Source: Octopus sinensis | Taxonomy: Eukaryota | Direction: 5' to 3' | Assembly (NCBI RefSeq): GCF_006345805.1 | Contig: NC_042999.1 | Location: forward strand, 141,050,001 to 141,114,000 | Length of the DNA: 64,000 nt | Shown here: one piece after another, positions 1 to 13,723 of the stretch | Layout: each line of letters begins with the position of its first letter | Position numbering within the stretch: position 1 is the first letter of the stretch | Program-made: the position numbers and the translations under genes | The notes under the pieces: model-generated | Database searches by the model: none | What the model was told of the DNA's origin: nothing | Seen by the model: only the letters and a program-made list of their open reading frames with translations

Positions 1-659
1 ACCCCCATGATACACAAGAAATGGAATATTTCATGGGTTAAGGAAAATGAGATTTTATGATATTCATGCCTTTTGTGAGACCATCAAAGGTTATAAATGC
101 AGTTCCAATAAAGAATTGAAAGAAAGCTATATATAAAGTTTTGTCAACCATTTACTACCAGTTGAAACTGGCAGTAAGTAATTATTTATATCAATGAATA
201 TTGTTAATCTGAAAAGAGTAATACTGGATTGCTGTAGTGTTTAAACTCTGCTACTGGTATTGTGTTGTGTTCTTCAGCTAAGTATTTTGCTTTGCCAGTC
301 CCAGTTTGCTTTATTGGAGGTACTGCAAACTCATCTTAATATATAATAACCATTCTAATTTTGTTGGTTGAGTGATTAGTATTTGCAAATGCATCCATCT
401 GTAAAATCACTTATTTCAGCATCTTCTAACCTATGTCAGCTTAGAAAATAGTAATATAAAGATGATCTACAAAAGAAATATAAAAAAAAAGAAAAGGAAA
501 AAGAAAATACAAAATAATGTTTGCCAAACTGTTTTCCCTGAAATGCAAACACATTGTGTTCAATGGAAGAGTTTGCCATAAAACTGTAAAGATATTACTT
601 ACACTTAGCTATCTTTAGCTTTTGATGTAAGATGTCATGGATAGATGGGTAAGGTTGAG

Positions 660-673
660 ACTGAGTTATACAA

Positions 674-708
<35 letters not shown>

Positions 709-870
709 CACAGGTGCATACACATACACACACAAACAGGCACACACACACAAACACAGACCCACAAAAATACACACATACAAATATAGCTACACAAACA
801 TATACATACACATTCACAAGCATGCACACATACATAGTTGCACATACAACATTTACTCACATATGCCCTC
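660..870. repeat. (CA)n/(TACA)n compound microsatellite
   Basis: Runs of acacacac and tacacata; source of the HTHT/VCVC artefact ORFs at 595-953. Confidence 0.95.
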
Positions 871-1689
871 ACACATACATAGGGATTTATTCTACAAGTA
901 ATGCCTACAAATTACTGAGAACTGGGGAGTTGCGATGGGGTGACTATGGATAAGGTATCAGCCTTATCCTGACTAGAGAAGAGGAGCTTTATATTGCATC
1001 ACTATTATGACACTAAATGTTCTGGTCAGAGAACATTTTACCTCACTTATCTGACTCTGACAGTAGAACAAGTAAGAAAAGAATAAATATCTTAAAAAGT
1101 TCAATATAAAATTACAGTGCTGAGGTCAAATTATCTTCAGCAAAAATAAAAGTATAATTTTAGGTCAATAGTATCTGCATCTATTTTTTTATAATGAGGA
1201 GTCAAGAAATTGGATACTCTTTGTGGAGTTCTTGAACAGAAATAGATTTATGTTTAAGGGCATTGATTCCAAGGCAAAGTTTATTTCTTATACAACTTTG
1301 CTGTTCATCACTAGGAAAAGTCAGAAAAAAATACAATTCAATTATTTAATTGGTTCTTTATGAGGGTGTAGAATAGCAACCTGGAATCTTTATTGTAAAC
1401 AACTTGGTAATTTCACTATTCTCAATTCTAACTCTGTCAGAGTACATGACTCAATATTTTCTGGATTTAATCCCCTAAATTTGTAGAATATAGTTAAGTC
1501 TATGAACTGGAATGTGTGATGAAAAGTAATGGGAAATCTTAATATTGTATATAAAATGTCAAATTGTGAAACATTACATTTGGACCAAACAAGTAGGTAT
1601 TTTATTTTCATTTTTTTTTTTTATGAGAAGTATATTGTGAAAATGCAAATTTATCACTCAATACCAAATGGTTCTTAAGAGCTAGAAAT

Positions 1690-2200
1690 TATCTTCTTCT
1701 GGATAGGATGTCTAAATATTTCAAGTAACGTTCTCAAATTATCTGGAACCTAGTCTTGACAGCTAAGTGAACTGAATTAATGTAGAATAAAATTTACTAC
1801 TTGTAAACAATGACATTTTTGCAGTTGAATGCAGAGCTGGAAGTTCAATACCAACTACATTCACCCAACTATTTCTAGAACTTAATACATTGCTGATACC
1901 TATTTAACTTAGATTAAATCACCCGTGGTTGAGTTTTATCTCTAACACTCTTAAGCATATATCTTTCAGCATTACTTCTTTATTAATATCTTTAAGTGTT
2001 GTTGAAATGAAACATGAGAAATCATCCCTAGATTCCTTACAGTGTCTAGTTTTCTTCTTTATATTTCTCAATTCAAATTTTCTCAAGCATTAACTTTGCA
2101 TTTCATCCTTCTATGGCTGATAGAATGTGCCAGTAATGCTTGTTTCAAAATGGGTCTTGGAATCCAACTATGTGACTGACTGAACACTGTCTTGCCTATT
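1690..2200 (-). mobile_element. Possible highly decayed Penelope-like (GIY-YIG region) remnant
   Basis: Minus-strand translation gives KHYWHIL and CKNVIVYK**ILFYINSVHLAVKTRF, loosely like the PLE linker and GIY-YIG motifs. Many stops; weak. Confidence 0.25.
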
Positions 2201-2857
2201 CTGCCCATCCCTATAAAAAGGAAGTTGAACTTAATAAATTCATATTATTGCTAATGCAGTATAGGTTAGAAGATGATGAAATAAGTGATTTTACAGATGA
2301 ATGTGTTTATAAATACTAATCTCTCAACCATGGCATAGAGGGTGAGATGGTGACTCAGGAAAATTACCCAAATAGAGGTCTTGCAAGCCATGTTTTGCAT
2401 TCAGCAATCAAAAAGATAAATAGTACAACCCGTAGTATGAAACCTGACTGGTTGGGATTGGTTGTTCAGTCACATTGAAGGTTGATTGATTGTGACTTAC
2501 CTTTATGTTTATAGAGGCAAACACAAACATTGTGATGCTCATTCTTTTCCTAGAAGTGTTATTAACATAATAGCAAGCGTATCAGAAATCAAAATCAGTT
2601 TGTGAATAAGGAGTTTACTTTTACCCTGAAGTGCTTCTTACCCTGTATACTCATAGTCTGATAAAGCAAGTCATTTTGACTGATCTCTTCAAAATTTTAC
2701 CTCTTATCATTCTTACCACTTGATTATGTTAAGAATGCCAAAATATATCAGTTTTAACATCAAAACCAATTTGTAGTATCTAATTTGATCAGTGGTAAGT
2801 ATTCTTTAATGTCATTGTATCTATCAACAAATGATAGATACATGGTCCATGTTCCAT

Positions 2858-2929
2858 CACTATAAGCACCAATTGGAGGTAGATAGAGGAACAGTGTTAT
2901 TTTTCAGTCTCAAATTGGTGCTTGTAGTG
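2858..2929. repeat. 72-bp inverted repeat with CACTA...TAGTG ends
   Basis: cactataagcaccaattggag (2858-2878) matches the reverse complement of ctcaaattggtgcttgtagtg (2909-2929) at 19/21; no TSD seen. Confidence 0.8.
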
Positions 2930-3324
2930 TCTAATATGAATTTCAATAAAGCTTAGCAGCTAATTCATAACACTATAACTTTTCTTACCTTCCCTAAAGG
3001 TATGAAAGATGTAACTAAACGGAAATCAGAACTGGGTCATAAATATGATACACCATGAGCTTGCTTCTTATTCTGCTGCACTTGCCACTCTAATAATAAC
3101 TATATGAATGTAATCATATCAACTCTTGTTAATTAATGTTCCATGAAATGGAATAAGATACTATTCTAGATTTCATGCCACCTCTTTCAACATCTCAACT
3201 GCTATTTTTAGATAATTAATGATACTTTATTTTAATGTTTTTCTTGTTCCAATTTCTTGCCTGTAATTCAGTAGACAATCAATATTTAAATTATATATTT
3301 AAGTGTGTGGTTATTAAATACTGG

Positions 3325-3368
<44 letters not shown>

Positions 3369-3379
3369 CATTATCACTG

Positions 3380-3600
3380 TCATCTCATCATCATCATTTT
3401 ATATGTTTGCTTTCTTGGCTGGCAAGGGTTGGATGGTTAGACAGGATCCAATGAGTCAGAAGACCATTTCTTGCTCCAGTACCTCATTTTTTAGCATGGT
3501 TTCTATGACTGAACACTCTAACACCAACCTCATTACAAAATGTATCAAGTGCTTTTTTTTGTGTGTGTGTGGTATTAGTACTAGCGAGGCTATCTTGTAA
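3380..3600 (-). mobile_element. Family B (RTE-tailed, (GAT)n tail) repeat, degenerate
   Basis: (tca)n followed by ggcaagggttggatggtt...ctaacaccaacc, the reverse complement of the tail seen at 21300-21448. Confidence 0.7.
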
Positions 3601-4005
3601 CTCACATGACAAAATCCACCCCACTATCCTTGCTTGACAAGATTCATGGCTATTTTATATAGGTGGTAGGGGATGGCTGGAGGGTTATCACAAAGATGGA
3701 TAAATATGGTAGCAATGAGATGCTAGAACATAATCTCAACGTGATATGTCCAAAAAGGTGAACAGAAAAATCATGTAGCTGTGAGAATCAGCCCGAGAGG
3801 AGAGTGAGAGATAGATATAAGTATAGGATGGAGATGTCCAGATGTATATAGGAGATGAATGTAGTGAATAGTGAAAGGAATGATTGATGGTAAATATGAG
3901 TGGGAGGATAGTGACAAGACACCCTCTTTACCCTCCCACCCTTGATACCACAAAGTACTCAAGATGTGACTGTTAGAAGGAGAAAAAGGGAGAGAAAGCT
4001 GTGAA

Positions 4006-4133
4006 CATAACCTTTTTTTTTTCAAGCATGGAGTATCTGAGACTACATTATTCAATGTGTCCTCTTTAGCATAACCTTTTTGTTTTTTCAAGCATGGAGT
4101 ATCTGGGACTACATTATTCAATATTTCCTCTTT
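4006..4133. repeat. 64-bp tandem duplication (2 copies)
   Basis: cataaccttttt...ttcaagcatggagtatctg(a/g)gactacattattcaat...cctcttta starts at 4006 and again at 4070. Confidence 0.9.
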
Positions 4134-5721
4134 ATAACTGAAGAAAGGTGTTTGAGGAAAATTTGATTGCTCCTTCTAGTCAATAGCAGGGCTGGTTCCT
4201 ATTTTTAGTCATGTTCGTGGATAACAGAAGGGTTTATTAAATTAATGCTTGCAATATAGCTTGAACATAAGGCTTTGTGTACAGTAGCCGAACTTTTTAA
4301 CCAGTGAAACTTGGAACCCCAAACTATGAGAGATAAAGTAAGAATGTTAATGTGTTAATAAGTTATTATGATAACAGTATATAAAAAGCTATTGAGAGGC
4401 TGGCTTGCTAAGATGGTGCAATGACTAGAGATAAATCCAATCTATGTAAGCAATGCAACCAATAGGTGCACAAGATATTGTGGTGTAAGTTGGCATTCTT
4501 ACAACAGTCATACAGTCGCACTCTCAAATCTGATCTTGTGGGTAGTGTAGTTTTTGAATATTTATTTAAAGCAGCAGTAAAACAGTCATTTTTTTCAAGA
4601 ATTGCATTGGTGGAAGCCATAAATATAAATTCAAAAAAACAGGTTCCCTATCTTAAACTGAGATCATCTGTATAGGTAAACATTAATCAAAGAAGTTGGC
4701 TACTACTTGAAGATCAACTTAATTCAATAATTGTACATCTACTTCTAAATATTACAGCTAATGTTATCCTAATTTTGATACTTCCTGCATTAGATGTTAT
4801 TAAAAGCAAAATGACACCAGTTTTCAGTTCATATAAAAATATTACATTATTTTCTTTGAGGCAACAAAGGAATGTCTACATTGCTCTGTAGAAACAGCAA
4901 CCAAATCTCCCTCATATCACATTCTGCTGTCTTAGCACATAATGCCTTTAAAAGGAAATATGGTATGGCCATAGCTGTAATGTCTTTGATCATCGGTCTA
5001 TTGAGTCAAAGCTGACTTGGAGCTAAATAACAATGACTACTACATTTTCTTCTCTGTTTTACATATCTATTGCACTGATGGACATACTAAAGCAACTGAC
5101 AAATATCAATTTTTTCCCTCTTTCTTCACTTTGACAGAATTTTTAGAGTATTGGACAAAATGCCAGCAAAATGACTCCCTACGTTCAGAGTTCAAATCCT
5201 ACCAAAGTCAAATTTGCCTTTCTTTTTTTCGGGGATTAATACAATAGAATACTATTTTAATATTCCTTAAAAGTATCCTACATATGAATGGAATTATAAC
5301 AGAAGACTAAGACTAAAATTTATTCACAAAATATCATAAACTTGTCACCTTAGCATCATTCACAAAATTATCATTCATATTTTAGTTCTTGAACCAACCT
5401 TTTTCATTCATTGATTTCTGACATTCTTCTCATAGCACATCTCAATAACTGAATTGGAGGCATTCCAAATTTCTCTTCATATTTTGTCTTTTTCTTTTTC
5501 TGGGATTGTTAGATAACACTTGCTTGAAGAATTTCAACAGGTCTTGGCTTTTGCCAACGTTTTCATGGAAGCTGATTAGGTTTTAAAGTTGGGGATTTAT
5601 GTTAGTTGCTAAATTAGCTAATCAATATTTTCTGTGCTTCCATTGCATCATATAATCTCGTCTAACATATTCATATATTTTAGTTTCAACATGGTTTTTA
5701 TATGTCATATATTTATAAATG

Positions 5722-5764
<43 letters not shown>

Positions 5765-6261
5765 TGTAGTTGTGTGAGTGTCTGTCCCCTTCGATTTAGA
5801 TTCCTAACTACTCCCACATTTTGCGGTGCAGTTTAACCAAATTCGGGTATCTTATAGTCGTGATTCATATCGAGCCCGTCTGAGTATTAGCGCACATCTA
5901 CGATGAGTCTACGATTTTAAAAATAATTTAACATCATTTTTTATTCCATTTTAATGCATAATTTTTCGTGTGTCGATGGCGGCGGAGTTGGCGTCCATGG
6001 TCACACCTGAACCTGTTTGCTTCTCCCCCTTCTTCCCTCCCTCGTGAAGCTGTGGGGAAGGGAGTGTAAGGAAATCAACGTCGTAAAGCGTTGTCAAGGA
6101 GACCAGCCTTCTTTTAGAACAACGACTTCATGGCTTGAAGACACCAAAACAGAAATGGCTAAGAAAGCCCGAATTGGCATCTATAAGGGAAGTAACTCTC
6201 TAAAAATGTTTATATAGTTATTTCCCTTACAAACCCGAGCAACGCCGGGCGATACTGCTAG
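5722..6261 (+). mobile_element. Non-autonomous Helitron (Lep1-like ends)
   Basis: 3' end has a GC hairpin cccgagc-aac-gccggg (6234-6249), then 8 nt, then CTAG (6258-6261), followed by T. 5' end emerges from a (TA)n tract as tatataaaactgtagttgtgtgagtgtctgtc. Interior is CpG-rich compared with the flanks. The exact 5' TC is hidden in the TA tract. Confidence 0.8.
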
Positions 6262-7935
6262 TATATATATATTATTTTACAAATGTACATCTACATGCAT
6301 ATATTTATATACAAATGCACACACACTCACACATGCATTGTATTTTGGAAGGGTCATTCTACCAATAAAAATACATGCTTTAGTTGGTGTCACTTTTTCA
6401 TTGTCAGTTAATTGAATGATTTGTCAAAATTTTTCATTCCTCAACTAGCATTTTCAGTGATTTTTGCCTTCTCACTTTTGTGTCTGATTTATATATATAT
6501 TTAGATATGTGCATGCATGAGTATATGTCTGTATCTGTGTGTATGTAGTTGAAGTGGTAGTGCTGTTTGAGTATAAGCTGGTTAGCATCCATATATATCT
6601 GTATATTTTTATCAAGTAATTATGTATATGCTATTTTGCTGTTTTGGGATTTATTGTTTTGTTAGCTGGTTAGATAACAGCATTTGGAACCATTTTTATA
6701 ACTCATCTGCTTTTTTTGTTTTATTGCACTGACAATTATTATCATCTCATTATTGTCTGTTTATCAGTGTCTGCATGCAAGCGTCTATACTTGTGCACAT
6801 ATTCACCATTGTATAAAAGAAAATCTTGAAACTGATGTTAAGGCAACTCTAAGAAAATTGGTCCGCCTAAGTTACCTGAAGAGATGAAGTGTGTAAATAT
6901 TTTCTGATTTGCAAACTCATCCAACCCATGCTACTAAATAATAACAAATTTTAAAACTTCTGCTAATATGATAACAACTGTGATTATGAACAACATATTT
7001 CTTTCCATTCATTTTATTGAGGAAGTAGTAGTAGCAGTAGTGGCTGGTAATTATAGAGATATTGATAATGATAGTAGAGCAGTGAATATATTCAGCGATG
7101 GTATTGGTATTATTTTACATCAACTCCATTTCTTAGAAATTATCTTCATTTATATCTTAACAGTAATTAACTTACTTTTTTTACTGTTTATTATGATAGC
7201 ACTAAATCTATTGCAATTATTGTGGCATACTTTTGGTGAATTCCTTCTGTATTATTATCAAATATCTGATATATACTGTTTGATTCATTTACTAAAAAAA
7301 TCAATCAATAATGAATAAAACTATTTTTCATTTGTTTTTAGGATATTAAATTAATAAAATTCAATCTAACAAACAGTTTTATTTAGCATTTAAAAAATTA
7401 TTATAGTTTCTCTTATTGATAATATTACCACTAATAATAATACTAACAGCAGTAAATGCAAAAATAGTAGGAGACAATTTCATTGGAAGAAAATTAGATC
7501 AAAACTGATGAATTTATTGATGTGTGAATATTAATTCTGAATCTGATATTCATTGAATTTATAATTGGGCATAATAGAAGATCAAGGCTAAATTGCAAAG
7601 GAGCTTTCCTTTGTGTCTATTTTTTGTAGGAGTTATCCATGTTTTTAACCATTATGTAGTGATAATTGTTTTGAACTCTTCAGAGTAATCACAGAAAATA
7701 ATAGTAGGATCAAGATACAAAGAATGATGCTACATTGCAGACTTTTACTAGCATATCACATTGTTACTAAACTGATATTTTTTAATTAACTGATAAAACT
7801 ATAGAATGACTATAAATATAACAATGATGCTAATTTGCTGGATTAAGCCCTTAACATTTATTTTACCCTGTTGGACCAGTAGTTGAATTCTGCTTTATTT
7901 CATTTTTTCCATTCATCAATCTATTGCTTATAAAT

Positions 7936-8155
7936 CATCCTCATCTGTTTTCCATATTGGCATGTCCATTTTCCATGCTGGCATGGGTTGGACAGCTTGA
8001 CAGGAACTGGCAAAACCAGGGGTGATACCAGGTTCTATAGTCTGTTTGGTCTTGATTTCTACAACTGGATGCCCTTTCTAACACCAACTACTTTACAGAG
8101 TGTATTGGGTGCTTTTTGTGGCACCATCACCAGTGCTTTTTACATGGCACCAAAA
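7936..8155 (-). mobile_element. Family B repeat, degenerate
   Basis: catgctggcatgggttggacag...ctggatgccctttctaacaccaac...gggtgctttttgtggcacc. Confidence 0.8.
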
Positions 8156-9104
8156 TAAGTAATAATTCAATTGACTGTACACTCATTGTAAGAAGAAATA
8201 TTTGACATTCACCAAGTCAAAATTAATCAGCTATCATAAAACACAATAATAGTAAATTGGTAGAAACAGTAAAGTGCTTTGCAGCTGCCTTTACTGCGTC
8301 CTCTTGTCAAAATGGTAAAAATATATAAAAAAAAGTTTCAATCATTTACTAACATCATATCCCACTTGGTTTGACTGTTTTCCACTGTTCTTGAGTTGCT
8401 AAAATTATTGGTATCATAGTTCAGAATGGATTTATTCAATTAATCACTGTCAAGCATTAGTCAAATATAAGAAATAATTATACATAACTTACATCAGCAG
8501 TGAACTATCCTATAATGCTGGCCACTGCAGATAATTTTTATTATTGGTTCAACTACCATTGAAAATATTTTAACTATTTTTTCTGTCTAATGATTCCCCA
8601 AATCTATATCACCTTACATGTATTATAAAGTGTAGAAACATTAGAACTTCCAAAAAAATTAAGAAAATATAGTTTCCTTACATATTGACTAGATTAATCT
8701 GTTGCAATAATATTATATTAAATTGATTTCTTACATAAATTCACCGTAAAAAATGTTTGGAGAAAGAGGCGACAAAACTGTGCAATGTCTGTATCTTTCT
8801 CAAGAGTATTAGAGATATAATTGAAATGGTTTCAATTGGGAATCAAGCTTATCTTCTAATTGTCGCACACATTCGTATTATATTAATAATAAATATTACT
8901 GAATTAGAATTATTACATTGTCATTATATACATTTTTTTAAATATGAAATTCAGATTATTCATGAATTATAAATCCTCTTTTCTTTTTCTGTGAGTGTGG
9001 TTTTGTTTCTTTTTCTCCATTCTGTTGTGAATCTGTGTGTTCAATTCAATAATTCAATATCTTATATACGCATGTAGTTACACATATGCACTTGTCTTAA
9101 TGAT

Positions 9105-9119
9105 TTATATATATATATG

Positions 9120-9209
<90 letters not shown>
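9105..9209. repeat. (TA)n microsatellite flanking the Tc1 element
   Basis: Long TA tract with tatgtg interruptions. Confidence 0.95.
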
Positions 9210-10477
9210 CAGGGGTTGGACAAAATAATGGAAACATCTAGCATCATAGCATCATAATTTTGAAATATTTATAAAACCATCAAAAGCTTGTTTATTTTTA
9301 TGTTTTTTGATTTATTATTAGTATTGCTTAATATGTTTTGCTAAAATTGCTGCTTCTTTTCAGCTATCATCAGAAAAAGGTAATTAAAATTCATTAAAAT
9401 GATAGATTTATCGAACTTTCAAAGAGGTCAAATTGTTGGTGCTCGTATGGCAGGCACTAGTGTAATGAAAACAGCCGAAATGTTTGGTGCATCAAGAAGT
9501 ACTATCTTGAAAGTAATGACAGCCTTTGAGAAAGAGGGAAAAAACCTCCTTGTTGAAACAAAACTCCAGAAGAAAACCAAAACTTTCAGATAGGGACCGT
9601 CAGACTCTTAGGCGAATTGTTAGAAGGGATCACAAAAGTACAGCTTCCAAAATTATTGCAGAGCTTAATGACCACCTTGAGAACCAAATTCCCACAAAAA
9701 CTGTTTGCCAGGAGCTGCACAAAGCTGGATTTCATTGGAGGGCTGCAATCAGAAAACCACTACTTTCAAAAACAAACATTGCAAAGCATTTAGAGTGGAG
9801 TAAAAACCTACAGAATTGGTCTCTAGAGCAGGAGACAATGTTATTTTCATGAACAAGTCATCCTTCACTTTATTTCCGACCACCAGCTAAGTATATGTGT
9901 GGAGACGGCCAAAGAAAGCATTTGACCCAGACTGCCTTCTGTTAAACATGGAGGAGGATCTGTGATGAGCTGGCCATGGTGCTATATCTTGGAAATCCGC
10001 CAGCCCAATGGTTTCCTTTTATGGCAGAATTAATAGTCAAGACTATTTAAGCATTTTATCTCATCAAATTCATCCTATAGTTGCAGAACTGTTTCCGGAG
10101 ACACAATCTTTCAGGATGATAATGCACCAATTCACGCAGCTAAAGTTGTTACTGAATGACACGAGAAACATTCTAGTGAAGTTGAACATAACATCTTATC
10201 TGGTCATCACAGTCCCCAGATCTCAATATTATTGAACATTTATGGTGCATTTTAAAAAACAAGTAAGGAGTCAATATCTTCCACCATCATCACTACAAGA
10301 ACTGGAAACTGTTTTAGCTGAAGAATGGACAAAAATTCCTTTGGAAACAGTTCAAACTTTGTGAGTCCATACCTCATAGAATTCAAGCTGTAATTACTGC
10401 CAAAGGTGGTACTACCCCATATTAAAATAAATTTGTTTGAAATTTTAAGGTGTTTCCATTATTTTGTCCAACCCCTG
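9210..10477 (+). mobile_element. Full-length Tc1-family DNA transposon (DD34E), decayed
   Basis: Perfect 27-bp TIRs caggggttggacaaaataatggaaaca (9210-9236 and 10451-10477); TA on both sides; internal transposase remnant. Confidence 0.97.
9399..10425 (+). pseudogene. Tc1 transposase pseudogene
   Basis: MIDLSNFQRGQIVGAR paired-like HTH; RKPKLSDRDRQTLRRIV; RKPLL; VKHGGGSVM (9941); FQDDNAPIH (~10109); WSSQSPDLNIIEHLW (10201); ends KGGTTPY*. Several frameshifts and stops; the first catalytic motif reads FMNKS instead of FSDES. Confidence 0.95.
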
Positions 10478-11514
10478 TATATATAATCTGTGGCTCTTTA
10501 CATGCAGTATCTTTGAAACAAGTGTCTGAAAGGAAATAGTGTTTCTGTTATTTTATTTTATTTATTCAAAATATAGCTTTTTATTTTTTTTTTTAGCTTT
10601 TTTATTTGCTCCAAGAAAAAAGCTGTAAATGGTAAAATAATTGTATGTAAAATAGATTTTCTTCCATAATTTCAGTACCTTGAGATGTCAATGTTTGCTT
10701 ACTTTATATACATTTGACTCTTTAGCAATGAATAACACATCATTGAGTTACATTTTCCAAGATTTTTATTCTCTGGGCTATTTAACTTGCAATATTTTTT
10801 TTATTTTTATTGTCATATTTCCATTTTATAGTCACTAATTTTCATATTTCAGAATCTTTACGACTTGTGAATGTTTTTATTTCTAATCGCTTCTCCTATC
10901 AGTCTGACTTCCCTAAAGGACAAGCATGGCTGTCTGGTTAATAAGTTTGTATTAACATGCTCTGAATTTGATTTCACTTTATGGCATTTTGGACAATTAT
11001 CTCCAACCTCAGGTTGAGTCAAGTCTTGTGAGTGAAGTTGAATAACCAGATGGATTTTACCTGTTCTTGGATGGTAATCTTAATAAGTTACCATTTGGCT
11101 ATTTCATTGAAGTTCACAATGTAGCAAGTGTTCAAACCATGTCTCTAGTTTCTACCTCCTTCTCACCCTATCAGTCTCAGTGGCTCTGTAAGCAGTAATC
11201 ATATGCATTGCCCTTTCTCCTCTGACTAAGCCACTAAGCAATACACAGTCATACACATGAAAAAAAAAGAAGGAATTAGATATTTTTTTCAAACACTAGC
11301 ATTGAAAGCTTTGTGTTTTCCCATTTTTAGTATGATTCTTGATAATCACACCTTTCTTTAGAGTGTTGATAATCACACTTCTCTTATAGTCGTAGTTATA
11401 AATAAACAGGAAAGATGTTTTTAATGTTAGTATGCTGAGAAAATAGTTTCGTTTATATATTACAGTTTCTTAAAGTCATCAGGCCTACCAAGAAAATAAT
11501 TTTATAGAATTTTA

Positions 11515-11910
11515 CAGGAGTGGCTGTATGATAAAAAGTTTGCTTCCCAACATAATGGTTCCAGGTTTAATCCCATTGTGTGGCACCTTGGGCAAGTGTC
11601 TTCTTCTATAACCTCAGGCTGATCAAAGCCTTGTGAATGGATTTAGTAGATGGAAACTGAAAGAAGCTTATTGTGTGTGTGTATGTGTGTTTGTGTCTGT
11701 GTTTGCTCCCATCATTGCTTGACAACAGATGTTGGTGTGTTTACATCCCCATAACTTAGTAGTTTGGCAAAAGAGAGTGAAAGAGTAAGTACCTGGCTAC
11801 AAAAAATAGCAATTACTGTGATCAGTTTGTTTGACTAAAATTCTCCAAGGCAGTGCCCCAGGATGGGCACAGTCTAATGACTGAAACAAGTAAAGGTTAA
11901 ACGGTAAAAA
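11515..11910 (+). mobile_element. Family A tRNA-derived SINE (CORE-like central domain)
   Basis: caggagtggctgtatg head, ggtttaatccc B-box-like motif, gtggcaccttgggcaagtgtctt core, internal (TG)n, tail gactgaaacaagtaaa. Confidence 0.85.
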
Positions 11911-13723
11911 TAGAAAATAGACAATTGTGGTGTCTGTTCTTTTCCAAAGATATGGTCATAACTATTTTGTAATATTTAAATTGCTTTGAAGAATTGTATA
12001 TCTTTGTTGTTTTACCTACCACTCTAATGATAACTAGAATGATTTCTTGCAAAGGTACTTGACTTCAAAAGTTTAGGAAAGAGAAATGAATTTGTGTATT
12101 GCTTATTACTTTTCTAAAAAACAAAAAGCAAAAAAAAAAAAAGCAGAAAACACTAGAGGTGTAAATAAACTGATATAGTTACTGACAGGAATTAAAACAG
12201 ATCCTGTACAAGTTTTGCCAAGATCATATTTCTTATCACTCTTGTTAATGATGTCAAAATATTTCAGTTAATTAGTATTTCAGGAAAATGAAATTAACAG
12301 GACATTCTCACAGTCACTTTCTCTTTCAACATTTTTGTTTTTGTTGCTGTTTCCACACCTTTGAATTTTTCATTGTTTTGTTGTCTTTTTTTCTCTCTCT
12401 AATTTCTTCTGTGTGTTGCAGTAAAGAACCAATATTGCAAAAATATATTAAATGTGTAGACATTGAGACTGACATCTAATAGATAGCAAACTTACAATAT
12501 CATTTTAAGAAGAGTCTGTACTAATTTCTACTCATCTACTATATCTAAACTACACTAAAGACTGCTGATGCCTACAAGTCTGTATTTTACCTTTTTCTTA
12601 CATCTTTCTCTCTCCCTCTTTTTATCTCTTTTTGACCTTCTTAAAGTCTTTCATATTACATAATAAGTAAATCAGGACACCAACAAATTGGAAAGATACT
12701 TTTTTGTGTAGGTGTAGTGAGTTTCTCTCAAACTGTTCAATATTATTGATACACCATCCTCAAAAATGCGTGTGCTGTTTTGAAAAGGCGAATAACTTAT
12801 ATAACACAACTTCAATCTTGGGAGTTATATCCACAACAAAGATCAGGCTATGGCAAAAATATCAAGTGAATGTTTCTAAATGCTTGTGATATTTCTGAAA
12901 TTATTATTTTCTTTTCCCTATGGAAGTTGATAAAATAAGAATTAGTAATGTTAGTAATTAAAATTGTTTTAATAAAGAGAAAATGGTTTTCTACACAGTG
13001 AAATGAAAGGAAAAGGATTTTACAGTTTCATTTTATATTCATATACTAGATATTTTCCTTTAACTGAAGGTAAGATTCATTATGGATTGGAGTAGTGTCC
13101 ATAACTTCTGCAAATGGACTGCTGTGGTAATAAATGATACATCAGAATATTGAGTTATCCTTGCAGCAGAGACCTAATCTGATTCTTTGCAATAGAATGG
13201 ATGCCACTAAAGGCACCCAAGGGTCTGGTAGTGTTGTTAAACTAAAGGACATATTAAGCCTACCACCCATTAACAGCCATAGTTCATTCAATTGGTTTCT
13301 GCACAATTTCTGTCTGCTTAATTTCATTCACATGGTTAGATCTACCAACAGGCTATAGCAGAAAATGTTTGCCCAACATGCCATACTATAAAGGCATGAG
13401 GTTTAATTTCCCTAAAGTACTTATATAACAAAAACATATATATACTACAGAATCATGGAATTGCAACCAGAGAATATTGCTCTTATTTTTATTTTCCAAC
13501 AACACATCTAGATAATATTTGTATTAACAAAATATACAATTTTGATTTCTCATTTTGATCCTTATCAACAGCTTTACATAATATGCTTTATAACTGTATA
13601 ACTTGAAAATACTACAATACAATATTTCTCTAATCATCTATGAAGTATACCACTCTGGATTTAACCGAGCTAATTTTTTTTTTTTTTTGTTTTGTCTTTT
13701 ATCTATCTTTGCCATAAATACTT

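Noticed and set aside
595-953. ORFs rich in HT/VC/YI dipeptides here and at 9037, 15335, 25498, 27441, 29350, 44217, 45238 and 51348
   Set aside because: They are translations of (CA)n/(TA)n microsatellites with no protein-like content.
2980-3058. Possible terminal exon (pyrimidine tract, AG, then GMKDVTKRKSELGHKYDTP*)
   Set aside because: No recognisable homology and no linked exons; such short frames arise by chance. RNA-seq would decide.
6968-7318. 116-aa hydrophobic ORF
   Set aside because: Low-complexity AT-rich sequence (I/L/F/N bias) with simple repeats and no motif.
8828-8858. Minus-strand UAGAAGA...GAAAC, a possible fourth hammerhead
   Set aside because: The core start is mutated and no credible stem II can be drawn; it needs a family consensus before any claim.
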